Positions 54,592 to 63,275 of a DNA stretch of 64,000 nt are shown piece after piece; the stretch's first letter is position 1, and each line of letters opens with the position of its first letter. The notes under the pieces were generated by a model. The model saw only the letters and a program-made list of their open reading frames with translations, was not told where the DNA came from and did not search any database. Position numbers and translations under genes: made by a program. Origin of the DNA: an uncultured delta proteobacterium. Lineage in GTDB: Bacteria > Myxococcota_A > Polyangia > Fen-1088. The stretch lies in NCBI GenBank assembly GCA_963796685.1, contig CAWCMR010000025.1:288001-352000 (forward strand), written 5' to 3'.

Positions 54592-56754
54592 GTGAAGATC
54601 GCATTTACCCACAACCTCCGTCTCACCGACAGCGAGGACGAGGCCGAATTCGATAGTGTAGAAACCGTCGACGCCATAGCCAATGGCCTGCGGGCAGGCG
54701 GGCACGTGGTCGAGAAGATTGAGGTCACCGGCCCGGCCTCGCACTTGGCCGCGCGCATCGAGTCCTTCGGACCCGATCTCATCTTCAACACGGCCGAAGG
54801 CCGCCGCGGGCGCTCCCGCGAGGCATTCTACCCTGGCCTGTTCGAAGAGCTGGGCTTTCCCTACACCGGTTCGGACGCCTACGTCATGACCGTGACCCTG
54901 GACAAATGGATGACCAAGCTCATCCTGGGCACCCAGGGTATCGACACGCCCCGCGCCCGCATGGTCGTGCCCGACGACATGCAACGCGGACGCGATATCG
55001 GCATGCTCGGCTTGGCATATCCGGTCATCGTCAAGCCCAACTACGAGGGCTCGTCCAAGGGCATCGGCGACGAAGTGGTGGCCCGCGATCCGCGCGCCCT
55101 GCTCGACATGCTTCCGCGCGTGCTGCGCAAGTACCCGACGGGCGTCTTGGTCGAGGAGTTCATCGCCGGCACCGACGTAACCGTGCCCTTCGTCGAAGGA
55201 TTGGGTGACGAGGGGGTGCTCACCCCGGTGGACTACGTCGTGGAGCCGGGCGCGCGCACCCGGTTCAACATCTACGATTACCGACTCAAGTCTACCGACG
55301 CAGGCCGTGTGTCCGTGCGTTGTCCGCCCGATCTCCAGCGCGACGTGATGGCGCGACTGCGCGCGCTGACCAAAACGGCGGTTCGCACCCTCGGCATTCG
55401 CGACCTGTGCCGCGTCGACTTCCGTCTCGGCGAAGATGGCCGTCTTTACCTGCTCGAAATCAATGCCTTGCCCTCGCTGGAACCAGGGGCCAGCACCTTC
55501 TCGGCGGCCGCGCGCGAAGGGCTGGATTACGAAGCGACCCTCGACGCCGTGGTCAGCAGCGCGGCCCGCCGGCAAGGGTTGATGCTTCCGCAGGTTGGCA
55601 AGCGCAAACGACAGCCCGAACCCCTGCGCATCGGATTCTCCTACAACGTCAAGCGCGTCGATACCAAAGGCGGCGACGATACCGAGGCCGAATACGATGC
55701 GCCCGAGACCATCAACTCGATTCGTGACGCGCTGGAGAGCTACGGCCACGTGGTCGTGCCCGTGGAGGCCACGGCCGAATTGCCCCGCCAGCTCATGGAT
55801 ACGCCCGTGGATCTCGTGTTCAACATTGCCGAGGGCGTCTCGGGCCGCAACCGCGAGGCGGCCGTGCCCGCGCTGTGCGAGCTGATGGGTATCGCCTACA
55901 CTGGCTCGGACGCGGCGACCCTGTCCATCGCCCTCGACAAGGCCCTGTCCAAGCGCGTGCTCCGTCAGCACGGGATCTTGACCCCCGAGTTCCAGGTCAT
56001 GGAAACCGGACGCGAGCGCCTGTCGCCGAAGATGAAGTTCCCGCTCATCGTCAAGCCCAACCAGGAAGGCTCGTCCAAGGGCGTAAGCGCGCACGCCTCG
56101 GTGGTCGATGACGAGGAATCCCTGCGTGTGGTGGTGCGCGAGCTACTCGAGAAATACCGCCAGCCCGCTCTCATCGAGTACTACATCGCGGGCCGGGAAT
56201 TCACGGTGGGACTCCTTGGAGACAAGCGCCCGCGCGTGCTGCCCCCCATGGAGATCATCTTCCTCGACAAGGCCAACCCGCGTCCTGTCTACGACTACCA
56301 GATCAAGCAAGAGTGGGAAAAGCACGTCTACTACCAGTGCCCGGCCAAGCTCACCCCCGCCGAGCTGAGATCCATGGAGCGCATCGCGCGGGAGACCTTC
56401 GTCGCCCTCGATTGCCGCGATGTCGCCCGCGTGGACCTGCGCATGGACGAAGCCGGCGAGATCTACGTTCTCGAAGTGAATCCCCTGCCCGGCCTCACGC
56501 CTGGCTACTCCGATCTGTGTCTCATCGCCAACGCCGCCAACATCGACTACCGCACCCTGATCGGGGAAATCCTGGCTGGCGGCCTCAAGCGCATGCGCGA
56601 AAGACGGCGCGCGGAAGCGCGCGAGGCCGAGGCGGCACGTTTGTCCCCGGCCGGTGACGGGAACGGCAACGGCAAGGGCGAGACCAACGGCAAGGGCGAG
56701 ACCAAGGCGCTGGCCCCCGAGAAGATTCCGCCGGTCGGCCCGGAACCGACCTGA
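54592..56754 (+). CDS. Tandem double Ddl-like ATP-grasp ligase
   Basis: Two full repeats: FNxAEG, YTGSD, IVKPNxEGSSKG, RVDxR, LExNxLP. Confidence 0.92.
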   Translation: MKIAFTHNLRLTDSEDEAEFDSVETVDAIANGLRAGGHVVEKIEVTGPASHLAARIESFGPDLIFNTAEGRRGRSREAFYPGLFEELGFPYTGSDAYVMTVTLDKWMTKLILGTQGIDTPRARMVVPDDMQRGRDIGMLGLAYPVIVKPNYEGSSKGIGDEVVARDPRALLDMLPRVLRKYPTGVLVEEFIAGTDVTVPFVEGLGDEGVLTPVDYVVEPGARTRFNIYDYRLKSTDAGRVSVRCPPDLQRDVMARLRALTKTAVRTLGIRDLCRVDFRLGEDGRLYLLEINALPSLEPGASTFSAAAREGLDYEATLDAVVSSAARRQGLMLPQVGKRKRQPEPLRIGFSYNVKRVDTKGGDDTEAEYDAPETINSIRDALESYGHVVVPVEATAELPRQLMDTPVDLVFNIAEGVSGRNREAAVPALCELMGIAYTGSDAATLSIALDKALSKRVLRQHGILTPEFQVMETGRERLSPKMKFPLIVKPNQEGSSKGVSAHASVVDDEESLRVVVRELLEKYRQPALIEYYIAGREFTVGLLGDKRPRVLPPMEIIFLDKANPRPVYDYQIKQEWEKHVYYQCPAKLTPAELRSMERIARETFVALDCRDVARVDLRMDEAGEIYVLEVNPLPGLTPGYSDLCLIANAANIDYRTLIGEILAGGLKRMRERRRAEAREAEAARLSPAGDGNGNGKGETNGKGETKALAPEKIPPVGPEPT

Positions 56755-56775
56755 AGATCGGGGTCTGCATCCGCC

Positions 56776-57903
56776 ATGCGCTTGCGGTTTCGTGACCTGG
56801 GATTCGCCATCGGCCACGTGCCCACCGGTCCCGGCAACGCCATCACCGACGTTCCCGGCGTACGCGTGGGCCACACGACCTTGCTCGAAGGTGAAGGACC
56901 GCTGGTGGTCGGTGAAGGACCCGTGCGCACGGGGGTTACCGCCATCCTGCCGCCGGATCCGGTCTTTTCCGACCGTGTGCTGGCCGGCTCCTTCGTGCTC
57001 AACGGCGCTGGCGAAGTGTCGGGCCTGACCCAAGTGGTCGAGTGGGGCTTGCTCGAAACCCCCATTCTGCTCACCAGCACCATGTCCGTGGGCAAGGTGT
57101 CGGACGCCACGGTGAAATGGATGACTCGCCACTTTCCCGGCATCGGCAGCGAGTACGACGCCATCATCCCCATCGTGGGCGAGTGCGACGACTCGTGGCT
57201 CAACGATGCCGTCGGCCGGCACGTGCGCTCGGAGCACGTCTACCGCGCTATCGAGCAGGCCGCGGGCGGCCCCGTTCCCGAGGGCTCGGTGGGCGCGGGC
57301 ACCGGCCTCATCACCTGCGACTTCAAGGCCGGCATCGGCACCAGCTCGCGCCGGGTCGCCCTTTTCAGGGCCGGCAACGAGCCCGGCCCCAGCTACAACC
57401 TGGGCGTGCTCGTGCAGTCCAATTTCGGCATCATGCGCTCCCTGCGCATCGCCGGCGTCCCCGTCGGGGAAATCCTGGCACCCGACTACGCCGACGACGG
57501 CAAGCGCGTGCGCAACGCGGGCTCGATCCTCTGCGTGGTCGCCACCGACGCGCCCCTGTTGCCGTCGCAGATCGCGCGCCTGTGCAAACGCGCGGCGCTC
57601 GGCATCGGTCGGGTGGGCTCGTTCGCGGCGCACGCCTCAGGCGAGATCATCATCGGGTTCTCGACTGCCAACAAGGTTCCGCGTTCGACCTCGGGCATGA
57701 CCCACCGGATCGAAATTCTGCTCGACGACGCCTGCGACGGCCTGTACGAAGCCGTGGTGGAATGCACCGAGGAGGCCATCGTCAACGCCCTGTGCATGGC
57801 CGACGACATGCGCGGCCAGTCCGATCACTTCGCGCCCGCCCTGCCGCTCGACGATCTCGCGACCATCCTCAGCCGCCACCACGCGGCCCGAGAGCGACCG
57901 TAA
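56776..57903 (+). CDS. DmpA/P1 (S58) family aminopeptidase
   Basis: NAITDVPGVRVGH, TGVTAILP, ECDDSWLND, EGSVGAGTG, GSI autocleavage site, ATDAPL. Confidence 0.92.
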   Translation: MRLRFRDLGFAIGHVPTGPGNAITDVPGVRVGHTTLLEGEGPLVVGEGPVRTGVTAILPPDPVFSDRVLAGSFVLNGAGEVSGLTQVVEWGLLETPILLTSTMSVGKVSDATVKWMTRHFPGIGSEYDAIIPIVGECDDSWLNDAVGRHVRSEHVYRAIEQAAGGPVPEGSVGAGTGLITCDFKAGIGTSSRRVALFRAGNEPGPSYNLGVLVQSNFGIMRSLRIAGVPVGEILAPDYADDGKRVRNAGSILCVVATDAPLLPSQIARLCKRAALGIGRVGSFAAHASGEIIIGFSTANKVPRSTSGMTHRIEILLDDACDGLYEAVVECTEEAIVNALCMADDMRGQSDHFAPALPLDDLATILSRHHAARERP

Positions 57904-57916
57904 GGCTGGATCACCG

Positions 57917-58954
57917 ATGCGCATCGGCTTCCTCATCGGCGGAATCGCCACCCTGCAGCCAACCTTTGCCGGAAACTACCTGGCTTGGTCGGCCCAGCGA
58001 CGCGGCCACGAGGTTCGCTTCGTGACCGCGGACGATCTCTCCTTTCTCGACGACGGCAGCGTGTTCGCCGCCACACTGCGCGTGCGGGCCGGCGACTACG
58101 CCAAGCCGGCGGACTTCTACCGCGCCCTCCTCTCGACCGACGCCGTCCACGAGGAAGACACGCTGTCGGATTTCGATGTCGTGTTCATCCGCTACAACCC
58201 CCTGCGCGAGCCGCCCGGCGCACCGCCATCGCCCATCCTCGATTTCTGCTGGCGCCTTCGCCTGGGCGGCACCTTCGTCATCAACGATCCCGAGGGTGTA
58301 TTTCGCGCCTGGGGTCGACTGTACTTGTCCGATTTGCCCGCGGACGTTCACGCGCGCACTTTGGTCTCGCGCTCGCCCGACCGAATCAAGGCCTTTCTGC
58401 GCGACCTCGACGGACCAGCGGTGCTCAAGCCGTTGGCGCACGCCGGGCACGAGAAGGTGTTCCGGATTCCAAAGGGAAAGATCAAAAATCTGAACCCCAT
58501 CATCACCGCCATCACCAGGGACGGCTACGCCGTGGCCCAAGAGTATCTGCGCGAGGCCGAGGAGGGCGAGAAGCGGCTTCTTCTTCTCGGCGGCGAACCC
58601 ATCCGGGTCGGCCGCCAGGTCGCCATCTACCGACGCTTGCCCGGCCTGGCCGAGGGCGAGAAGAAGCGGCGCAACCCGGCTCGGCGACGTTGCAAGTTCG
58701 GCGCCGTCGAAGAGCGCGTGTGCGACCTTCTGCGCCCCAAGCTCTTGGCCGATGGCCTGTACCTGGTCAGCGTCGACCTCGCCGGCGGCAAGATTCTCGA
58801 GCTCAACGCGTTTTCGCCGGGCGGAATCCACTCGCTGCGCGAGATCTACCGCTTGGACGTGGCCGAGGTCATCATCCGCGACCTCGAGCGCCGGGTGCGC
58901 TTGCGCGACGCCTACCGCGGCACGAACGATCCCGAGGCCGCGGGGGTGGCGTGA
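57917..58954 (+). CDS. GshB-like ATP-grasp protein (divergent)
   Basis: RRGHEV, DVVFIRYNP, INDP, VLKPL, QEYL, ELNAFSPGG. Confidence 0.85.
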   Translation: MRIGFLIGGIATLQPTFAGNYLAWSAQRRGHEVRFVTADDLSFLDDGSVFAATLRVRAGDYAKPADFYRALLSTDAVHEEDTLSDFDVVFIRYNPLREPPGAPPSPILDFCWRLRLGGTFVINDPEGVFRAWGRLYLSDLPADVHARTLVSRSPDRIKAFLRDLDGPAVLKPLAHAGHEKVFRIPKGKIKNLNPIITAITRDGYAVAQEYLREAEEGEKRLLLLGGEPIRVGRQVAIYRRLPGLAEGEKKRRNPARRRCKFGAVEERVCDLLRPKLLADGLYLVSVDLAGGKILELNAFSPGGIHSLREIYRLDVAEVIIRDLERRVRLRDAYRGTNDPEAAGVA

Positions 58955-59113
58955 TCCGGAGATGCCGGGCGAGGAGCCCGGCTCGCTGCTGCAATGAGCA
59001 CGGTGGCCGCCGCGACTCCGTCATGGGAAATCCCTTCGCGGTAGGGTAGATCCTTGGCCGGAGTTTGAGTAACCTTGCCTGGAGGGATAACGCGCGTGGT
59101 GGATATCGATTTC

Positions 59114-60337
59114 ATGGCCAGGCGACATCTGGAGGGAACTTCCGGGCCCGTCGTGGAGGATCGTGCGGGTGTGCCGCAAGGGCCGCTGGCCGATGAGCTG
59201 TCCATTCCCAATCCACCGGTCGAGCCTGGCCCCATCCTTACGCTGTCGGCGGAAGAGATCACACGCTTCTTCGTGCGATCGCGCCGCGACCAGGACACCG
59301 AGCGCTGGGATGTCCGCCTCGATGCGGCCCTGCGCGAGATCCTCGAGCGTGCCAACGACTTCGTGCCCTCGGAAGCGGGCGGCATCCTGCTCGACGATCC
59401 ACGGGCCACGCTGTCGGGCGTGCGCACCCCGCGTCTGACCTTCATCGCCGTGTACGGGCCCGATTCGGGCCAGTTGCTGGGCAAGCGCATCCCCTCGGAT
59501 CGCGGGTTCGTCGGCCAGATCTACCGCTCGGGCATTCCCTACCGCAGCGACCACCTCGATGCCAACGATCCCTTGCTCAACCTGCCGAACCGCACCTCGG
59601 ACGCCGCCGTGGTCTCGGTCATCGGGGTTCCGGTGCTCGTCGGGGATTCCATCTGCGGCGTCCTCGAGCTCACCAACCGGCGTTCAGGCAGCCCCTATTC
59701 CGCCCGTGACAACGAGCTTCTGCGCATCTTCGCGGCGTACATGTCATCGTCGATCCAGAACGCCCTCGATGCTCTTCGCGCGCGTGCCATGGCCCGCCTC
59801 GATCACCTGACGGGGCTGTTCAACAGCCGCTATTTTCACGTGCGTCTGCAAGACGAGATCGCCCACGCCGATCACAACGGAACCGAGCTGTCGCTGCTCT
59901 TCATCGACCTCGACTATTTCAAGACCGTCAACGATCGCTTCGGGCACGTGGCGGGCAGTTGGACCCTGCGCGAAGTGGCGCGCCTGCTGTCCGAGAACGC
60001 ACCCCCCGCGACCGTGCTGGCCCGCTACGGCGGCGACGAATTCGTCGCCATCCTGCCCGGCGCGGATTTGCAGCGCGCCCTGCAGACCGCGGATCTGCTC
60101 CGCCGCGTGATCGAGGATGCTTCGTTCTTCGACACCGACGCCGAAACCGTCGAGGTGGCGCAACCTCTGCCCGGCGTGCGCGCGTCCATCGGCGTCGCAT
60201 CCTACCGCGATCACCTGGCGCCGAGCGGGAACCAGCGCCGCCGGGAAAACCTGCTCCTGCGTCTGGCGGACACCGCCATGTACCGAGCCAAGGCCAACGG
60301 CCGCAACCGCGTCGAGGTCGCCGAGGCGGAGGAATAG
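59114..60337 (+). CDS. GAF-GGDEF dinucleotide cyclase with Hypr signature (start approximate)
   Basis: GAF (GFVGQIY..GVLELTN), DHLTGLFN, DLDYFKTVNDRFGHVAGS, RYGGDEF, ADTAMYRAK. Confidence 0.92.
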   Translation: MARRHLEGTSGPVVEDRAGVPQGPLADELSIPNPPVEPGPILTLSAEEITRFFVRSRRDQDTERWDVRLDAALREILERANDFVPSEAGGILLDDPRATLSGVRTPRLTFIAVYGPDSGQLLGKRIPSDRGFVGQIYRSGIPYRSDHLDANDPLLNLPNRTSDAAVVSVIGVPVLVGDSICGVLELTNRRSGSPYSARDNELLRIFAAYMSSSIQNALDALRARAMARLDHLTGLFNSRYFHVRLQDEIAHADHNGTELSLLFIDLDYFKTVNDRFGHVAGSWTLREVARLLSENAPPATVLARYGGDEFVAILPGADLQRALQTADLLRRVIEDASFFDTDAETVEVAQPLPGVRASIGVASYRDHLAPSGNQRRRENLLLRLADTAMYRAKANGRNRVEVAEAEE

Positions 60338-60338
60338 C

Positions 60339-60797
60339 ATGTCGCGCGTACGTTGGTTGCTCATGACCTTGTCCCTTGTCGGAACCGGCTGCTTTCAGGA
60401 CAGCACGCCCCAGCACAGCGCCTTTCTGCCCCTCGCCTATCAGTCCACGTTCCGCATCGTGCGCACCTGCCGTCTGAACGTGCACCACTCGAACCAGTAC
60501 CAGGTCGTCTTTGCCGACCCCACCTTCGCCGCCGATCCTTATACGAATGGCGTCTACCCCCTGCCCGCGGGCAGCGTGGTGGTGGCCGAGGAGCACGGCA
60601 ACGACTCCTCCTGCAACAACCTCACCGGTTTCTATCTGATGGCCAAGGAGCAGCCCGGCTACGACACGGCAGTGCACGACTGGCACTGGCAAGAGCTCGA
60701 CGCCAATCAGCGCGTTCTCCAAGACGGCCACCTGACGACCTGCTCGTCCTGCCACGCCCAGCCGCCGTGCAGCGACTTCCTCTGCTCGCCTCCGTGA
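60339..60797 (+). CDS. Cytochrome P460/c'-beta fold lipoprotein
   Basis: Lipobox-like GTGC, PAGSVVV, MAK..DWHW, C-terminal CSSCH. Confidence 0.75.
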   Translation: MSRVRWLLMTLSLVGTGCFQDSTPQHSAFLPLAYQSTFRIVRTCRLNVHHSNQYQVVFADPTFAADPYTNGVYPLPAGSVVVAEEHGNDSSCNNLTGFYLMAKEQPGYDTAVHDWHWQELDANQRVLQDGHLTTCSSCHAQPPCSDFLCSPP

Positions 60798-62716
60798 AGG
60801 TCGTGTCCAAGAAGATTGAAGCACGCTTCGGGGCCTGGCCTTCTCCGCTGTCCGCCGAAGCCGTGGCCGAAGGCAGCGTACGGCTTGGGGGACTGGCGCT
60901 CGACGGCGACGAGGTCTATTGGGTGGAGAGCCGCCCGGCCGAACAAGGTCGTCTGGTGCTTCTTCGCAAGCGGGAAGGTGGCGCCGTCGAGGAGGTCGTA
61001 CGCGCGCCCTATTCCGTGCGGTCGCGCGTGCACGAGTACGGGGGAGGCGCCTTCACCGTGGACCGCGGAGAGGTGATCTTCGCCAACGACGCCGACCAGC
61101 GCCTCTATCGCATCGCGACCACGCGCGAGGCGCCCTGGCAGGCCGAGGCATTGACCTCCGCACCCGACACGCGCTTCGCCGACCTGCGCATCGATCGCCG
61201 ATTCGGCCGCATCGTCTGCGTCGCCGAGCGGAAGCGCACCGGCGCCGAGCCGGAGAGCTTCCTCGCCAGCGTTTCGCTTGCGAGCGGCGAGATACGGGTG
61301 CTCGCGCACGGCGCGGACTTCTATGCCTTTCCACGCCTCGATGCCGCGGGCACCCGGCTGGCGTTCCTCGCCTGGAATCATCCCGCCATGCCGTGGGACG
61401 CGTGCGAGCTCTACCTGGCCGACATCCTCGCCGACGGCTCGCTGGGGCCGGCCACCAAGGTTGCGGGCGGGGCAAACGAGTCCGTCTTCCAGCCCGCGTG
61501 GTCGCCCGCCGGAGCGCTGCACTTCGTCTCCGATCGCAGCGGGTTTTCCAATCTTCACCGAATGGACAACGACGGTACCGTTGCCTGCGTGTGCTCGGTC
61601 GAAGCGGAATTCGCCGCGCCCCTTTGGGTCTTCGACCTTTCCACCTACGCCTGGCTCGACGCCGACACCCTCCTCTGCGCCTACCAGAAATCCGGCTTCT
61701 GGCACCTCGCGACGCTGGCAAGCGAAAGCGGCCGGCTCGACGCCGTGGCGATGGATCTCACCGACCTGGGCTCGGTCTTCGCCAGCGCTGGCCGCGCCCT
61801 CTTCTTCGGAGGCTCGGCCGCACACGCCCCTGCGCTCTATTCCTTGAGCGCCCGAAGCCCCGAGGTGAAGCTCTTCCACCGTCCGAGCCCCGACCTCGTG
61901 ACGGCGGACCGCATCGCATTCCCGCAGGCCATCTCCTTCCCGACCACGGGCAACGCCACCTGCCATGGGCTGCTCTACTTGCCGCACAGCCCCGATCGCG
62001 AAGCCGGCGACGACGAACGCCCACCTCTGCTCGTCATCTGCCATGGCGGCCCGACAGGATCGACGTCCACGGCGCTCAGCTTGAACGTCCAGTTCTGGAC
62101 CAGCCGCGGCTTCGCCATCCTCGACGTGAACTACCGCGGTTCGACTGGGTATGGCCGCACCTATCGCAAAGCTCTCGACGGCCAGTGGGGCGTCGTCGAC
62201 GTGGACGATTGCGTGGCCGGTGCGCGCATGCTGGCCGAGCACGACGTGGTCGACGGCAAGCGCATGGCGATTCGCGGATCGAGCGCGGGGGGCTTCACCG
62301 TGCTGTGCGCGCTCGCCTTTCACGACGTCTTCGCCGCTGGCGCCAGCTACTACGGGGTCAGCGATCTGGAGGCGCTGGCCAAGGACACGCACAAGTTCGA
62401 AAGCCGCTATCTCGATTCCCTGGTCGGGCCCTACCCGGAGCGCCGCGACGTCTACCGCGCCCGCTCGCCCATCCACGCCGCGCATCGGCTGTCGTGCCCG
62501 GTGATCTTCTTCCAAGGCCTGCAGGACCGCGTGGTGCCTCCCGCGCAGGCCGAGAACATGGTGGCGGCCTTGCGCCGCCGCGGCCTATCCGCGCCGCTCG
62601 TGCTCTTCCCCGACGAACAGCACGGTTTCCGGCGCAAGGAAAACATCAGCCGCGCCCTCGACGCCGAGCTGGCGTTCTACCGCGAGGTTTTCGCGATCGA
62701 CGCCACAGAAGAGTAG
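60794..62716 (+). CDS. S9 family peptidase (acylaminoacyl/dipeptidyl peptidase)
   Basis: FGAWPSPL, RVHEYGGG, HGGP, NYRGSTGYG, GSSAGG, QGLQD, EQHGF. Confidence 0.93.
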   Translation: MKVVSKKIEARFGAWPSPLSAEAVAEGSVRLGGLALDGDEVYWVESRPAEQGRLVLLRKREGGAVEEVVRAPYSVRSRVHEYGGGAFTVDRGEVIFANDADQRLYRIATTREAPWQAEALTSAPDTRFADLRIDRRFGRIVCVAERKRTGAEPESFLASVSLASGEIRVLAHGADFYAFPRLDAAGTRLAFLAWNHPAMPWDACELYLADILADGSLGPATKVAGGANESVFQPAWSPAGALHFVSDRSGFSNLHRMDNDGTVACVCSVEAEFAAPLWVFDLSTYAWLDADTLLCAYQKSGFWHLATLASESGRLDAVAMDLTDLGSVFASAGRALFFGGSAAHAPALYSLSARSPEVKLFHRPSPDLVTADRIAFPQAISFPTTGNATCHGLLYLPHSPDREAGDDERPPLLVICHGGPTGSTSTALSLNVQFWTSRGFAILDVNYRGSTGYGRTYRKALDGQWGVVDVDDCVAGARMLAEHDVVDGKRMAIRGSSAGGFTVLCALAFHDVFAAGASYYGVSDLEALAKDTHKFESRYLDSLVGPYPERRDVYRARSPIHAAHRLSCPVIFFQGLQDRVVPPAQAENMVAALRRRGLSAPLVLFPDEQHGFRRKENISRALDAELAFYREVFAIDATEE

Positions 62717-62719
62717 GCG

Positions 62720-63217
62720 TTACCCGGGATCCGGTCCGCCCGCCTGGCGCATGCGCGCGATCACGCTCTCTTCCATGAGGTCTTCCATGGTCTGGCCGCC
62801 GTAGCGGGCGGCGATGCGGTCGTCGTACTCGTCGGCCACGAAGGCGAAATCGCGAATGGTTTGGGTGAACTCTTCCTTGTCGCCCAGATCGCGGTCGAGC
62901 AGGGTGTGGCAAAGCACGATGGCCTGGCCCTCGGGCACGAAGGCGAAGGCACCGAAGCGCAGGACCGCGTTGAGCTGAAGCAGCTCCACCGCCAGCATGC
63001 ACTCCATGGTGACGCCCTTGACCAACTGGGCGACCAAGCGGATCAGGGCGTGATCCTTCCAGGGGTGAACCTTGATCATGATCATCGAAGAGCCCTGTTT
63101 CACGGCGTAAAGGCCGTCCTCTACCTTGCGGTAGGCGGGGCTTGCTCCCAGCATCTTCTCGATCTTTTGGCTAGCGGCTTGAACCGCCTCACGGGCACGG
63201 GCCTTTCGTTCGGGCAT
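62720..63217 (-). CDS. YbjN / T3SS-chaperone-fold protein
   Basis: ELLQLNAVLRFGAF..ADEYDDRIAARYGG pattern. Confidence 0.72.
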   Translation of the reverse strand: MPERKARAREAVQAASQKIEKMLGASPAYRKVEDGLYAVKQGSSMIMIKVHPWKDHALIRLVAQLVKGVTMECMLAVELLQLNAVLRFGAFAFVPEGQAIVLCHTLLDRDLGDKEEFTQTIRDFAFVADEYDDRIAARYGGQTMEDLMEESVIARMRQAGGPDPG

Positions 63218-63275
63218 ACATGATCGGTAACACGAAGTCGGCCTCTTGCGAAGCCCACTTGCGTCCACGTTCGCG

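Noticed and set aside
54592-56754. Cell-wall ddl or vancomycin-resistance ligase
   Set aside because: Lacks the GGxSxE motif, is internally duplicated, and has no mur/fts or vanH/X neighbours.
58955-59113. GEMM-I (c-di-GMP/cGAMP) riboswitch upstream of the cyclase
   Set aside because: Small hairpins exist (gccgggc/gcccggc, gggaaatccc), but the GGCAAA..GAAA..GACGCAAA consensus is not recognisable; an Infernal scan would settle it.
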